Below, in pieces: positions 28,424 through 39,178 of a stretch of 57,675 nt of DNA; position 1 is the first letter of the stretch, and the number at the start of each line of letters is the position of its first letter. This DNA comes from Candidatus Woesearchaeota archaeon. GTDB lineage: Archaea; Nanobdellota; Nanobdellia; SCGC-AAA011-G17; PNOQ01. The DNA is taken from positions 1-57,675 of the forward strand of contig CAYYUK010000003.1 of NCBI GenBank assembly GCA_964474895.1, given 5' to 3'. Both the position numbers and the translations under genes were made by a program. The notes beneath the pieces are model-generated. The model had not been told where the DNA came from and ran no database searches. It saw nothing but the letters and a program-made list of their open reading frames with translations.

Positions 28424-28505
28424 CGCCAGCGCCAGGACTTGAACCTGGATGCCCGAAGACACGGGTTTTCGAGACCCGCGCGTCTACCAATTCCGCCACG
28501 CTGGC
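28424..28505 (-). tRNA. tRNA-Ser (anticodon CGA)
   Basis: Acceptor GCCAGCG/CGCTGGC, G73; arm CGGGT-CT CGA AA-ACCCG; variable arm TGTC-TTCG-GGCA. Confidence 0.92.
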
Positions 28506-28560
28506 ATATTGAAAATTAATTACAACAACATTTATAACCTTAACCAAAGTCTAGAAAAAG

Positions 28561-31116
28561 ATGGAAGACGAGTTAAAAATTGATTTCAATTTAGAAAACA
28601 TAAAGAAAAGCTTAGAGAAACCTAAAAAATTCATAATCAAACACAAAATAGTTCTATTAATATTGATTCCAATAATCTTGGCAGTTTTCTTTAGGGCATA
28701 TACATACGATCTACCATTTGCAAACAACATGGCAGAAGACTCACTAGAAAATAATATTATATCACAAATTCAAAATCAAATAATAGCTGAAAATCCGAAT
28801 ATCGATGAAAATACACTTAATATTTTAACACAACAAAGATATAATGAATATGTAGCCTCGAATAGAGAACTAATAGAACAACAAGTAGAACAGATTACAA
28901 ATCAAATTAAAAGTTACTATCAAGACGAATCAGGACAAACATACCTTCTAGCAATAGATCCTTATCACTACTATAGGCAAGCACAAAATGTTTTAGACAA
29001 TGGACACGTGGGGGATGAATTAGTAGATGGAAAACCATTTGACAATCATATGTTGGCTCCAAATGGAAAAGAAACATCAAACGACTTCCACTCAGTCATT
29101 GGAGCATATGCACATAAAATAAGTTCATTATTTGGAAATGATTCATTAATGAAAACTATGTTCATTCTACCACTAATCTTTGCAGCATTATCAACAATTC
29201 CTCTTTTCTTTATTACAAGAAAGATAGGTGGAAACCTTGGTGGGACAATAGCTGCATCAATTCTTGCAATACATTCTGCATTTCTTTCAAGAACCCCTGC
29301 AGGGTTTTCAGATACTGACGCATACAGCATATTTTTTCCATTAGTAATAATCTGGCTGTTCTTAGAATCATTCACAACAACAAACAAAAAAAATAAAATG
29401 ATCTCAGGAGTTTTAGCTGGACTATTTTCAGGCATCTTTGCATTTGCATGGGGTGGTTGGTGGTACGTCTTAGACTTTATTCTAGCAAGCATGGGAATTT
29501 ACTTCATATATTTGCTAATAAAACATAAAAAAGAAGTATTCAAAAAAATAAAAACAAAAAATCTTGTAAAAACAATGGTGTATTTCATAGGTTCATCTGC
29601 CCTCTTTGTAACTTTATTCACAAGTTTTGGTACTTTCTTAGGTGCATTTAAATCTCCAATAGATATTGTATTTCTTAAAGAAGCTGCAAAATCAACACTT
29701 TGGCCAAACGTATACACAACAGTAGCAGAACTAAACGCAATATCAATACCTGGAGTGATATCAAATCTTGGGGGAAAATTATTTTTTGCAATAGCAACAA
29801 TAGGAATACTACTAATTTTACTAAAAAAGAATAAAAAACAATTAGATATAAAATATGGTATACTAATGGTAGTATGGTTCATAGGGACACTTTACACAAC
29901 AACAAAAGGAATACGATTCATAATGTTCATGGTACCTGTATTTGCAGCAGGTATTGGTATTTTTTCAGCAAAAGCTTACAATTTCATAACAAACTGGTCA
30001 GAAAAGGAATTAAAAATAAAAAAGAAGTTGGTTTCAGCATTACTCATAATCATAATTATTTTGAGCTTTATACCATTAATAAAATCTGCAAACATTTCTT
30101 CAAAACAACAAGCACCATCAATGAACGACGCATGGTATGGTGCACTCACAAAAATAAAAGAAGAAACTCCAGAAAACACAATTATAACTTCATGGTGGGA
30201 TTTCGGTCACTGGTTCAAAGCAATTGCAGATAGGGCAGTAACCTTTGATGGAGCATCACAAAATAGACCCCCTGCACATTGGGTAGGAAAGATTCTTCTA
30301 ACAAATGACGAAAATGAAGCAATTGGATTATTGAGAATGTTAGATTGTGGCGGAAATGACGCATACAATCTACTCCTGGAAGAAATAGAAGATCCATTAA
30401 CAACCAAAAGCACAATAGATGAAATAGTATTACTAGATGAAAACTCAGCAAGAACTATCTTAAATCAGCATTTAGAAGATCCAGAGAAAATATTAGAAAA
30501 AACACATTGTTCGGCACCGCCTGCAGTATTTATTACTTCAGAAGACATGGTTGCCAAATCTGGAGTTTGGGCACATTTTGGCTCTTGGGATTTTGAAAGA
30601 TCATTTATGTACAATACGATAAGAAACAACAATAAAGAAAACTCAATAAACATTATATCGGATAGATTAGGATACTCTGAGGAAGAATCATCTTTATTCT
30701 TTAATGAATTAAATGGTTTACCTGACACTGAAGCAAACAATTGGATTGCGCCATACCCAAGCTATTCGCACGAAGGATCTTGTCAAATAAGAAATAACAC
30801 AGCAACATGCAGTAATGGAGCAATAATAGATTTAACCAATAACGTAGCTGCAATACAAACCGAAAACGGGTTAATGCAAGTTCAAAAATACAGAGATGAT
30901 AAGAGAGTCTATACTTCAACAGAAGGAACAAACAACATAGCAATAGCATACTTCCCAGAAGAATCAAAATCAAGACTTATGAGTGAAGAATTAATAGAAA
31001 GCACTTTCACAGAACTATATTTCTATAAGGGGGAAAATTTAGATCATTTTGAATTATTTGATCACCAAATTGGTGTTGATGGATTTGATATATACACATG
31101 GACTATAAAATGGTAG
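28561..31116 (+). CDS. aglB: Oligosaccharyltransferase AglB (STT3 family)
   Basis: AIDPYHYYRQ, RTPAGFSDTD, YTTVAEL, WWDFGH, DGASQ, EDMVAK (DxxK); many TMs followed by a soluble C-terminal domain. Confidence 0.96.
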   Translation: MEDELKIDFNLENIKKSLEKPKKFIIKHKIVLLILIPIILAVFFRAYTYDLPFANNMAEDSLENNIISQIQNQIIAENPNIDENTLNILTQQRYNEYVASNRELIEQQVEQITNQIKSYYQDESGQTYLLAIDPYHYYRQAQNVLDNGHVGDELVDGKPFDNHMLAPNGKETSNDFHSVIGAYAHKISSLFGNDSLMKTMFILPLIFAALSTIPLFFITRKIGGNLGGTIAASILAIHSAFLSRTPAGFSDTDAYSIFFPLVIIWLFLESFTTTNKKNKMISGVLAGLFSGIFAFAWGGWWYVLDFILASMGIYFIYLLIKHKKEVFKKIKTKNLVKTMVYFIGSSALFVTLFTSFGTFLGAFKSPIDIVFLKEAAKSTLWPNVYTTVAELNAISIPGVISNLGGKLFFAIATIGILLILLKKNKKQLDIKYGILMVVWFIGTLYTTTKGIRFIMFMVPVFAAGIGIFSAKAYNFITNWSEKELKIKKKLVSALLIIIIILSFIPLIKSANISSKQQAPSMNDAWYGALTKIKEETPENTIITSWWDFGHWFKAIADRAVTFDGASQNRPPAHWVGKILLTNDENEAIGLLRMLDCGGNDAYNLLLEEIEDPLTTKSTIDEIVLLDENSARTILNQHLEDPEKILEKTHCSAPPAVFITSEDMVAKSGVWAHFGSWDFERSFMYNTIRNNNKENSINIISDRLGYSEEESSLFFNELNGLPDTEANNWIAPYPSYSHEGSCQIRNNTATCSNGAIIDLTNNVAAIQTENGLMQVQKYRDDKRVYTSTEGTNNIAIAYFPEESKSRLMSEELIESTFTELYFYKGENLDHFELFDHQIGVDGFDIYTWTIKW

Positions 31117-32033
31117 ACCTTTCAATAGTATTACCAATTTACAATGAAGAAAGAAATATAGAAATACTTTACAAAGAAATAAAGAAAGTTCTAAATCACT
31201 TACCCAAAACTCATGAAATAATTTTTGTAAACGATGGTTCAACAGATAGAAGTTCGGTTATAATAAGCTCAATAAAAGAAATAGACAACAAAGTAAAAAC
31301 AATAACATTTAGAAAAAACTTTGGACAAACAGCAGCACTAGATGCAGGAATAAAGGCTTCATCTGGAAAAGTTATAATCACAATGGACAGTGATTTACAA
31401 AATGATCCAAGAGATATACCAAGACTATTAAAAAAACTAGAAGAAGGATATGATATTGTTGCTGGCCAAAGAATTAACAGAAAAGACACAGTTTCAAAAA
31501 AGTTCATATCTTTAGGTGCAAGAGCACTAAGAAGAATAATATTAAAAGATAGGCTTCACGATTCAGGATGCACATTAAGAGCATACAAAAAAGAATCAGT
31601 AAATGGATTAAATCTTTATGGTGAAATGCATAGGTTCATACATATTATACTAAAATCAAAAGGATTCAAAATAGGTGAAATAAAAGTAAGGCACAGAAAG
31701 AGAATTCATGGAAAGACAAAATATACATTTTCGAGAACGCTAAAAAGTCTATTTGACATGGCATTATTAAAATTTTGGATGCAATACTCAAGAAGGCCAA
31801 TGCATATTTTTGGTAGTGTTGGTTTTTTCACAAGCACAATTGGATTTATTTTTGGTTTATACTTAACATATCTAAAATTATTCTTAGGAGAACCAATAGC
31901 AAATAGACCTCTTCTCCTACTTTCTATACTGCTAATACTTCTAGGAACATTTTTCTTTATGTTTGGTATCTTAGCAGACATTTTAATAAAAATATATTAC
32001 AAGGATGAAGAAAGTTATTCAATAAAAAAATGA
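31098..32033 (+). CDS. GT2 polyprenol-phosphate glycosyltransferase (GtrB/ArnC-like, 2 C-terminal TMs)
   Basis: SIVLPIYNEE, VNDGSTD, RKNFGQTAALDAG, TMDSDLQNDP, YGEMHRFI. Confidence 0.92.
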   Translation: MDYKMVDLSIVLPIYNEERNIEILYKEIKKVLNHLPKTHEIIFVNDGSTDRSSVIISSIKEIDNKVKTITFRKNFGQTAALDAGIKASSGKVIITMDSDLQNDPRDIPRLLKKLEEGYDIVAGQRINRKDTVSKKFISLGARALRRIILKDRLHDSGCTLRAYKKESVNGLNLYGEMHRFIHIILKSKGFKIGEIKVRHRKRIHGKTKYTFSRTLKSLFDMALLKFWMQYSRRPMHIFGSVGFFTSTIGFIFGLYLTYLKLFLGEPIANRPLLLLSILLILLGTFFFMFGILADILIKIYYKDEESYSIKK

Positions 32034-33151
32034 GAATACTAATGTTAAATTTCGAATTTCCGCCTTTAGGTGGTGGTGCTGCCCCTTTATGTTTTGATAC
32101 TGCAAGAAGGATAATCCAAGAAGGACACAAAATAGATTTAGTAACAATGGGTTACAAGGGACTAAAAGCATACGAAAATATAGAAGGCATAAATGTTTAT
32201 AGAGTTCCTTGTATAAGAAAAAATAAAGAATATAGTACAACTTTTGAATTATTCACTTATCTACCAACTGCATTTATGAAAGCATTAAAATTAACAAAAA
32301 AAAATAAATATGACATTAACCATACACACTTTATTATTCCAACAGGATTTATCTCCTATCTATTAAAAAAAATAAGAAATCTAGATTATGTTATTACCTC
32401 ACATGGATCAGACGTCCCAAACTATAATCCAGATAGATTCAAACTAGGACATAAATTACTACCCCCTATATGGAAATTGATAATAAAAAATGCAAAAAGG
32501 ATTATAACTCCTTCAGAACATTTAAAAAATCTAATTTTAAAAACATATACCACAGATAAAATAGATGTAATCTTCAATGGAATAGATATAGAAGAAAAAG
32601 TAGAAAAAGAAAAAGAAGACACAATCTTATTTGCAGGAAGGTTACTAGAAAGAAAAGGAGTTCAATATATAATAGAAGCAATAAAAGATCTAAATTTAGA
32701 GGGATATAAGGTAATCATTGTTGGGGATGGCCCATATAGGGAAGAATTAGAGAAAAAAGCAGAAGAAATAAAAGATAAAATTCAATTTATAGGCTGGATT
32801 GATCAAAAAAAATTAAAGGAATTATACGCTATTTCGAAGATTTTCATACTACCTTCCACTCAAGAAAGTTTTGGTATGGTAATTGCAGAAGCAATGGAAA
32901 AAAATATGGCTGTAATTTGTGGAGAAGGAAGTGCTTGTTCTGAAGTCCTAGGTAAAACGGGGATAACACTTAACCCAAGAAGCAGTAAGCAAATAAAAAG
33001 AGCAATAGAATATTTCATAAAAAATCCAAGTAAGATAGAAGAAGCAGGAAAATTAGGAAGAAAACGGGCAAAAAGATTATTTGATGTCAAAAATATATCA
33101 CAAAACTACATAGAACTATACAACGATGTGATTAAAACAAAAACTATTTAA
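32030..33151 (+). CDS. GT4 family glycosyltransferase
   Basis: EFPPLGGG, ILFAGRLLERKG, LPSTQESFGMVIAEAM. Confidence 0.92.
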   Translation: MRILMLNFEFPPLGGGAAPLCFDTARRIIQEGHKIDLVTMGYKGLKAYENIEGINVYRVPCIRKNKEYSTTFELFTYLPTAFMKALKLTKKNKYDINHTHFIIPTGFISYLLKKIRNLDYVITSHGSDVPNYNPDRFKLGHKLLPPIWKLIIKNAKRIITPSEHLKNLILKTYTTDKIDVIFNGIDIEEKVEKEKEDTILFAGRLLERKGVQYIIEAIKDLNLEGYKVIIVGDGPYREELEKKAEEIKDKIQFIGWIDQKKLKELYAISKIFILPSTQESFGMVIAEAMEKNMAVICGEGSACSEVLGKTGITLNPRSSKQIKRAIEYFIKNPSKIEEAGKLGRKRAKRLFDVKNISQNYIELYNDVIKTKTI

Positions 33152-34082
33152 TAAAATAACTAGCAATCCCCCAAAATAAGAAATATATTACAACCAAGCC
33201 ATGAACTATAAATCCAGAGGATATGGCCATAATTTTATCAACACCAATTGCAAGAAATACCACTGTCCAAAAAGTTTCTTGAGTTCCAAAATTTAAGATG
33301 CCATGAATCGGCAAACTACTAAAAATCAAAATAAGAGACATTGCAAAAATAAAATAAGAATAAGAAATTTCAAGACCAAGTCCATTCAATATGTAATAAG
33401 TAAATACAAAAGAAGAAATCCAAACCAAAAGAGATAGCAGAAAAACAAAAAATAAATTCCTTTTCTGAGAAGAAAAAGAATCAGAAACTTTCTCTAAATA
33501 AGACAAACCCTTACAAAAGAATTTGTATTTGTTAAGCTTAAAAAATAAAATCAAATTGATAATTCCTCCAAAAAATTTGGCTGGTTTAAACAAGAAAACA
33601 ACAAACAAAGAAAAGATAAAAAATGAAAGCAGGAACAACCAAAAGAAATTACCTACCAATAAAAAATAAGCACTTTTCGCAAAGAGCAAAGAAAATATCA
33701 ATAGAAAAAAGATAGACAAAAAATCGAAAATTCTTAAAAAAATAAGAGAAGAAATAGATTTGGAACTATCAACCCCCTTTTTCTTTAACAAATAAACCAA
33801 AGAAAGCTCACCAGATCTAAATGGAAGAACTTGACTAAAGAGATTATGCAAACTTATAACTCTAAATAGCTCCTTAAATTTAAATTTCTTTTCAAGGACA
33901 TATCCAAGTCTAAACGACCGAAAAACATAAATCAAAGTATAAAGCAAAAAACCAATAAAAACAACATAATAAGATAAATTAGAAAAAACACTTTTAAATT
34001 CTGAAAAATCAATATTACTTAACAAAACAGTAACTAACAAAACAGTTAATATCCCTGAAATCAAAAGTTTTCCTTTCTTCAT
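33144..34082 (-). CDS. LPG-synthase TM / AglD2 (UPF0104) flippase-like membrane protein
   Basis: FRSFRL, LPFRSGELS, RIFD, LPIHGILNFGTQE; about 8 TMs. Confidence 0.8.
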   Translation of the reverse strand: MKKGKLLISGILTVLLVTVLLSNIDFSEFKSVFSNLSYYVVFIGFLLYTLIYVFRSFRLGYVLEKKFKFKELFRVISLHNLFSQVLPFRSGELSLVYLLKKKGVDSSKSISSLIFLRIFDFLSIFFLLIFSLLFAKSAYFLLVGNFFWLFLLSFFIFSLFVVFLFKPAKFFGGIINLILFFKLNKYKFFCKGLSYLEKVSDSFSSQKRNLFFVFLLSLLVWISSFVFTYYILNGLGLEISYSYFIFAMSLILIFSSLPIHGILNFGTQETFWTVVFLAIGVDKIMAISSGFIVHGLVVIYFLFWGIASYFIK

Positions 34083-35740
34083 TCTAAATTAACATAATAC
34101 AATTCATGCATACGTCCATCGCTAAACTCATACTCTTTAATTTCAAATTCACCAGCATCTAATCTGGCGGAAACAAGCAAATTAATAGAAGAAAAATCAA
34201 AGGTCCCACCTTTTCTAAACAATAGATAAACAGGACTAAACTGATCACCTTGCATATTAAACCCAATTTGGGCTAATTTATAATTCTGAGAGATGTATTC
34301 CACTCTATCATCTTGAAAGATACCAAAATCCCATGCATAGACAAAAATCCAACTAGCATTAAGATTATCTTCTGCAAATTGAATATCCTCCACAGTTGAA
34401 GGAATCCCTCTTGTTCCCTTTATATCACCATGCCATAACAAACCATAAGCTTGGTGGCTACTATGCATCACTCTCTCTCCCTCTAATTTATGTTCCTTTA
34501 TGTACTCTCCAGCAACATCCAAACCTTCAAACTGAGTATCAAACATTCTATCTTTAGCTGCAAAAGAAGGTAAGATAAGCAAAGAAAAAATTATAAAGAC
34601 AAAAATCCACTTTAACTTTTTAAATTTGATAACTTTAGCCAAGGTCATAGAAGCAGACAAGATAAAAAACGAAACAAAAAACACAAATAAAGGTAACAAA
34701 GGATATTGATGATAATTATGACCTTGCATTTTTTGAGCCATAAATACAAACCAGATTACAGAACCAATAAGATAAGAATTAATAAATTTACATTCAAAAG
34801 ATTTCATATTAACCTTAACAATAAAAAACCAAAAGAGAATTCCAAAAACAAAAAAGGTTAACCCCAATAAAGTATAATTATCTCTTGCAAAAGAAAGCAT
34901 TATCCTCCAAAAATCAGAGTTAAACAACACACCAAACTCAACAACCTCAAATTGAGATCCAATACTTTTAGAAATTGAAGAGCTATACTTAAACCATAAA
35001 AAAGAGAGCAATCCAATAAAAACAAAAAATAAATGTTTACTCAAATACTTTTTATCTCTCAATATTTTATAGGGATAAGTAAGTATTACTGGAACTGCAA
35101 ATAGTATAAAACTATACTTAGTCATTATACCAAGCATCAAAAAAATACTAAACAATACAGTATTCTTCCAACTTCTCTCCTTAAACCATTTTATATAATA
35201 ATAAATACCGGCAAGTGAAAAAAACAGGGCAGGACCTAAAAGCTGAACTTGCCTACCAAAGAAAATAGCAAGCGGATTTAAAGCAAATACCAATGCGGAA
35301 ATAAAAGCAAGATCTTCCCTCTTGAATAGAAGTTTAACAATCAAATAAAACAAAATAATAGACCCTATAGAAAACAATATGCTAACTAGCCGCGCCCCTG
35401 ACAAACTAACCCCTAAGAGATTAAACAAAAACCCTACAATTATTGATGTGGTCGGAAAACTATCCGTATGTGCCCCGCTAGGATTCTCATTTATTGAAGG
35501 ATAATCCCACTCTGGAACAAAAAAACCATGTTCAAAAAAACCATTATCAGCAAAATTTCTGGCCTCTGTCAAATAATGAGTTTCCTTCCAATTGTGATAT
35601 CCTGTAACTGGATAATCAATATGATAAGCCCTAAAATAAAAAGCAAAAATCAAAACAATCAAAAACAATATCACCTTCCAATGTTTAGAAACAAACGAAA
35701 GAAATTCCCTACTACCAAAATCTCCTGATTTTTCAGACAT
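34079..35740 (-). CDS. GT-C glycosyltransferase (ArnT/PMT-like, GT39/GT83)
   Basis: TM1 then HNWKETHY, FPTTSII, ARLVSILFS, GIMTKYS, HNYHQYPLLP; about 11 TMs and a C-terminal soluble domain. Confidence 0.82.
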   Translation of the reverse strand: MSEKSGDFGSREFLSFVSKHWKVILFLIVLIFAFYFRAYHIDYPVTGYHNWKETHYLTEARNFADNGFFEHGFFVPEWDYPSINENPSGAHTDSFPTTSIIVGFLFNLLGVSLSGARLVSILFSIGSIILFYLIVKLLFKREDLAFISALVFALNPLAIFFGRQVQLLGPALFFSLAGIYYYIKWFKERSWKNTVLFSIFLMLGIMTKYSFILFAVPVILTYPYKILRDKKYLSKHLFFVFIGLLSFLWFKYSSSISKSIGSQFEVVEFGVLFNSDFWRIMLSFARDNYTLLGLTFFVFGILFWFFIVKVNMKSFECKFINSYLIGSVIWFVFMAQKMQGHNYHQYPLLPLFVFFVSFFILSASMTLAKVIKFKKLKWIFVFIIFSLLILPSFAAKDRMFDTQFEGLDVAGEYIKEHKLEGERVMHSSHQAYGLLWHGDIKGTRGIPSTVEDIQFAEDNLNASWIFVYAWDFGIFQDDRVEYISQNYKLAQIGFNMQGDQFSPVYLLFRKGGTFDFSSINLLVSARLDAGEFEIKEYEFSDGRMHELYYVNLE

Positions 35741-35823
35741 AAAAAGAACAAAGAAATAGATTATATAAGTGTTATCAAAAATCCTTCATAAACTATTTAA
35801 AACGAATTTCTTTCCCAGAAATA

Positions 35824-36504
35824 ATGAATATCTCCATAATTGTTCCTGCTTTCAATGAAGAAAAAAACATAGGCAAAGCAATAGACAATCTAAGAAAAGA
35901 AGGATACAACAACATAATTGTAGTGGATGACGGCTCTAAAGACAAAACTTTTGAAATAGCAAAGGAAATGCAAGTACATGCCCTAAGACACATAATAAAT
36001 AGGGGACAGGGGGCTGCACTTCAAACAGGAATGAGCTATGCACTCCTAAACGGAGCAGAAATATTAGTTCATTTCGATTCAGACTGCCAGCATAAGGCAG
36101 AAGAAATACAAAAAATGATTCTTCCAATAATACGCAACGAAGCAGAAGCAACACTAGGTTCAAGATTCTTAAATAAACAAAGAATACCATTTAAAAGAAA
36201 AATTATGCTCAAGGGTGCAATTCTAATAATTAGAATGTTCTATGGAATAAAACTCTCTGATGCCCATAACGGTTTCAGAGCATTTTCAAGAGATGCAGCA
36301 GAGAAAATAAGAATAACAATGGATAAAATGGAACATGCTTCAGAAATAGTTGAAGAAATAAAAAGAAAAAAAATTAAGTATAAAGAAATCCCTGTAACAA
36401 TAGTTTATACAGCAGAATCGCTAAAGCAAGGAAGAAAGGGACAGGGTAAATTAGATTCATTAAAAATTGTATCAAAAATGTTCATGAAAAAATTGGGAGT
36501 TTAA
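35824..36504 (+). CDS. GT2 DPM1-like polyprenol-phosphate sugar synthase
   Basis: IIVPAFNEE, VVDDGSKD, INRGQGAALQTG, HFDSDCQH, DAHNGFRAF. Confidence 0.92.
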   Translation: MNISIIVPAFNEEKNIGKAIDNLRKEGYNNIIVVDDGSKDKTFEIAKEMQVHALRHIINRGQGAALQTGMSYALLNGAEILVHFDSDCQHKAEEIQKMILPIIRNEAEATLGSRFLNKQRIPFKRKIMLKGAILIIRMFYGIKLSDAHNGFRAFSRDAAEKIRITMDKMEHASEIVEEIKRKKIKYKEIPVTIVYTAESLKQGRKGQGKLDSLKIVSKMFMKKLGV

Positions 36505-36505
36505 A

Positions 36506-36829
36506 ATGTTAACAATAATACAAATAATATTCGTAATCTTTAGTTTATTTGCATTCAGCAGAGTGTTCATAAACATAAGAGACAAAAATTTAAGGGAAAA
36601 AGAAGCATTCTTCTGGTTAATTTTCTGGGGAATTGCAATAATAGTTTTACTATATCCAGGAGTTTCAACAACCATTTCAGAATTTCTTGGCATAGAGCGT
36701 GGTGTAGACTTAATAACTTATTCAGGACTAATACTCTTAGCATATATGATATTTAGATTATATGCAAAGCAAACAAGGATTGAAAGAAACATAACAAAGA
36801 TAGTTAGGACAATAGCAATCAAAAAATGA
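36506..36829 (+). CDS. DUF2304 family protein (GacJ/Rv3632-like GT2 activator)
   Basis: 107 aa, 3 TMs, FFWLIFW..YP, LGIERGVDL, C-terminal ITKIVRTIAI; immediately after a GT2 gene. Confidence 0.88.
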   Translation: MLTIIQIIFVIFSLFAFSRVFINIRDKNLREKEAFFWLIFWGIAIIVLLYPGVSTTISEFLGIERGVDLITYSGLILLAYMIFRLYAKQTRIERNITKIVRTIAIKK

Positions 36830-37956
36830 GAATAGTATACATTACTGAATATTTCCCTTATCATGGAGAAGGGGACATAACTGGGGGGGCCGAATCCAGA
36901 TGCTTTAACATAGCAAAAGAACTGTCAAAAAAACATGAAATGATAGTAATTACCTCTTGGAAAAATGGACAAGAAAGAAAACATAATATTGGAAACATAA
37001 AGATTTACAGAGCAGGGCAAAGTCATGAGTATTCAAACGAAGGAGATATTCTTTCAAGATTAAAATTCTCAATAGCAGCATACAAAATCGCAAAAAAGAT
37101 TAAGGCAGATGTAATAGAAGGTTACAATTTCATAAGCTACTTACCAGCATTCTATGCTTCAAAAAAAACAAAATCCAAAAGTATCGCAACATATCACGAA
37201 ACATGGCTAGGTGAATGGATTAAAAATAAAGGGTTAATAACTGGAATACTTGGAGAAATATGGGAAAGGTGGACACTCTCAAGAAGATGGAATAAAATAA
37301 TTTCAGTAAGTAATTTCACAGCAAAGAGAATAAAAAAAAGGACAATAATAGTTCCAAATGGAATAAATATAGAATCATACACAAAAAAGGAAACAAAATT
37401 CAAAGAACCAACAGTCTGCTCCATCTCAAGATTAACACCAAAAAAGAGAGTTCAAGATTTAATTAAAGCAATAGCAATAGTAAAAAAAGAAATTCCAACT
37501 ATAAAACTAATAGTAATCGGAAAGGGTGACGAAATAACCAATCTAAAAAGTTTAGCAAATAGATTAAATTTACAAAAAAACATAGAATTCAAAGGTTTTG
37601 TAAAAGAACATAAAGATGTTATAAAATATCTAAAAAAATCACATATTTTTTGCTTACCAAGTATTCTAGAAGGATTTGGAATAGTTCTCCTAGAAGCAAT
37701 GGCATCAAGGACCCCTTACGTCTGCTCTGATATTGAAGTCCTAAAAGAAGTAACAATTGAAGGAAAGGGTGGGTTTATCTTCAAAAACAAAGATCCCAAA
37801 GATTTGGCAAATAGACTATTATTTCTTCTAAAAAACAATAAAATTTACAAACAAAAAATAGAAGAAGGAAACAATTTGGTAAAAAAATATGACTGGAAAT
37901 TAATTGCTAAAAGAATAGAAGGAGTATACAAAAATGAAAGTGCTATTCATATCTGA
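36826..37956 (+). CDS. GT4 family glycosyltransferase
   Basis: EYFP..GGAE, ISRLTPKKR, LPSILEGFGIVLLEAMA. Confidence 0.92.
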   Translation: MRIVYITEYFPYHGEGDITGGAESRCFNIAKELSKKHEMIVITSWKNGQERKHNIGNIKIYRAGQSHEYSNEGDILSRLKFSIAAYKIAKKIKADVIEGYNFISYLPAFYASKKTKSKSIATYHETWLGEWIKNKGLITGILGEIWERWTLSRRWNKIISVSNFTAKRIKKRTIIVPNGINIESYTKKETKFKEPTVCSISRLTPKKRVQDLIKAIAIVKKEIPTIKLIVIGKGDEITNLKSLANRLNLQKNIEFKGFVKEHKDVIKYLKKSHIFCLPSILEGFGIVLLEAMASRTPYVCSDIEVLKEVTIEGKGGFIFKNKDPKDLANRLLFLLKNNKIYKQKIEEGNNLVKKYDWKLIAKRIEGVYKNESAIHI

Positions 37957-39178
37957 ATATTTCCCACCAAATGTTAAGGGGGGTGGTGAAATAAGTTGTT
38001 TCTTGCTAGCAAAGCACTTGATAAAAAGAGGGGTAGAAATACATGTACTAACTTCAAATTCAAAAGGATCGAAAGAAATTGAAGGAATAAACATTCATAG
38101 AAACTTAAAAACTGGAAAGAATCCTTCATCAATATTCTCAAATATAAAACGAACATTGGCATTTCCAAACTCAGTAAAAAAAGAAACTAAAAAACTAATA
38201 AGAAAATATAATTTTGACATCATCCATTATTTCAATACAACATCTGCATACGGGGTAATAAAAACTAAAATACCAAAAATAATGCACTCAAATTCCCCAG
38301 TCTTCTTCTGTCCAAAAGGTGATTTAATCTACAAAAATAAATCATTATATGATAAAAAAATAAATTATAGAGATTTCAAAAAAGAGTTCATAAACTCAAA
38401 ATATATTGCAAAAACAAAGAACTATTTCTTCATAAAACACAATCCAATATTTAGAAGATATCTATTCAGAGCATACAAAAAAAGAATCAAACTTCTAAAA
38501 AAATTCGACCATTTCCTGCCAATAAGTAATTTCTTAGCAGGAAGACTAAAATTGCTGGGTGTAAAAGAAAACAAAATAACAGTAATGCCAAACATAATTG
38601 AAATAGAAAAATTCAAGAAAACAACAGCGAAGAACGACAAACTAAGAATAACGTACTTGGGAAGCTACACAAAATTTAAAGGAATTTATACCCTACTTAA
38701 AGCATTAAAAAAATTAAAAAGAGACTACGTTTGCAACCTATACGGAGCAGGAAACATCGAACAAGAAATAAAAAAAAGAATTGAAAAGGACAACCTAAAA
38801 GTAAATTTAAATACAAAAAGAAACTATCAAAAAATACCTGAAGTTTTATCAAAAAGCAACGTGCTAGTTTTCCCTTCAGAAATACCCGAAGCATTTGGTA
38901 GGGTATTGGTTGAAGCAATGGCTGCAGGATGCATACCTGTCTCATCAAAGATAGGTGGAACCATAGACATAATAAAAGATAAAAAAAATGGATATTTTTT
39001 TGAACCTGGAAACATAGAACAGTTAACAGAAATACTAAATAAAATAGATTTAAGAAAAATAAAAAAAGAGGTGTTGATAAAGGAAGCTAAAAAATATAAT
39101 GGAGAAGATATTGCAAAGAAAGTTTTAACTGCATATAAAAAGATAACAAATGAAAATCTTAATGTTAGGCGTATATGA
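37934..39178 (+). CDS. GT4 family glycosyltransferase
   Basis: EYFPPNVKGGGE, GSYTKFKG, FPSEIPEAFGRVLVEAMA. Confidence 0.92.
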   Translation: MKVLFISEYFPPNVKGGGEISCFLLAKHLIKRGVEIHVLTSNSKGSKEIEGINIHRNLKTGKNPSSIFSNIKRTLAFPNSVKKETKKLIRKYNFDIIHYFNTTSAYGVIKTKIPKIMHSNSPVFFCPKGDLIYKNKSLYDKKINYRDFKKEFINSKYIAKTKNYFFIKHNPIFRRYLFRAYKKRIKLLKKFDHFLPISNFLAGRLKLLGVKENKITVMPNIIEIEKFKKTTAKNDKLRITYLGSYTKFKGIYTLLKALKKLKRDYVCNLYGAGNIEQEIKKRIEKDNLKVNLNTKRNYQKIPEVLSKSNVLVFPSEIPEAFGRVLVEAMAAGCIPVSSKIGGTIDIIKDKKNGYFFEPGNIEQLTEILNKIDLRKIKKEVLIKEAKKYNGEDIAKKVLTAYKKITNENLNVRRI

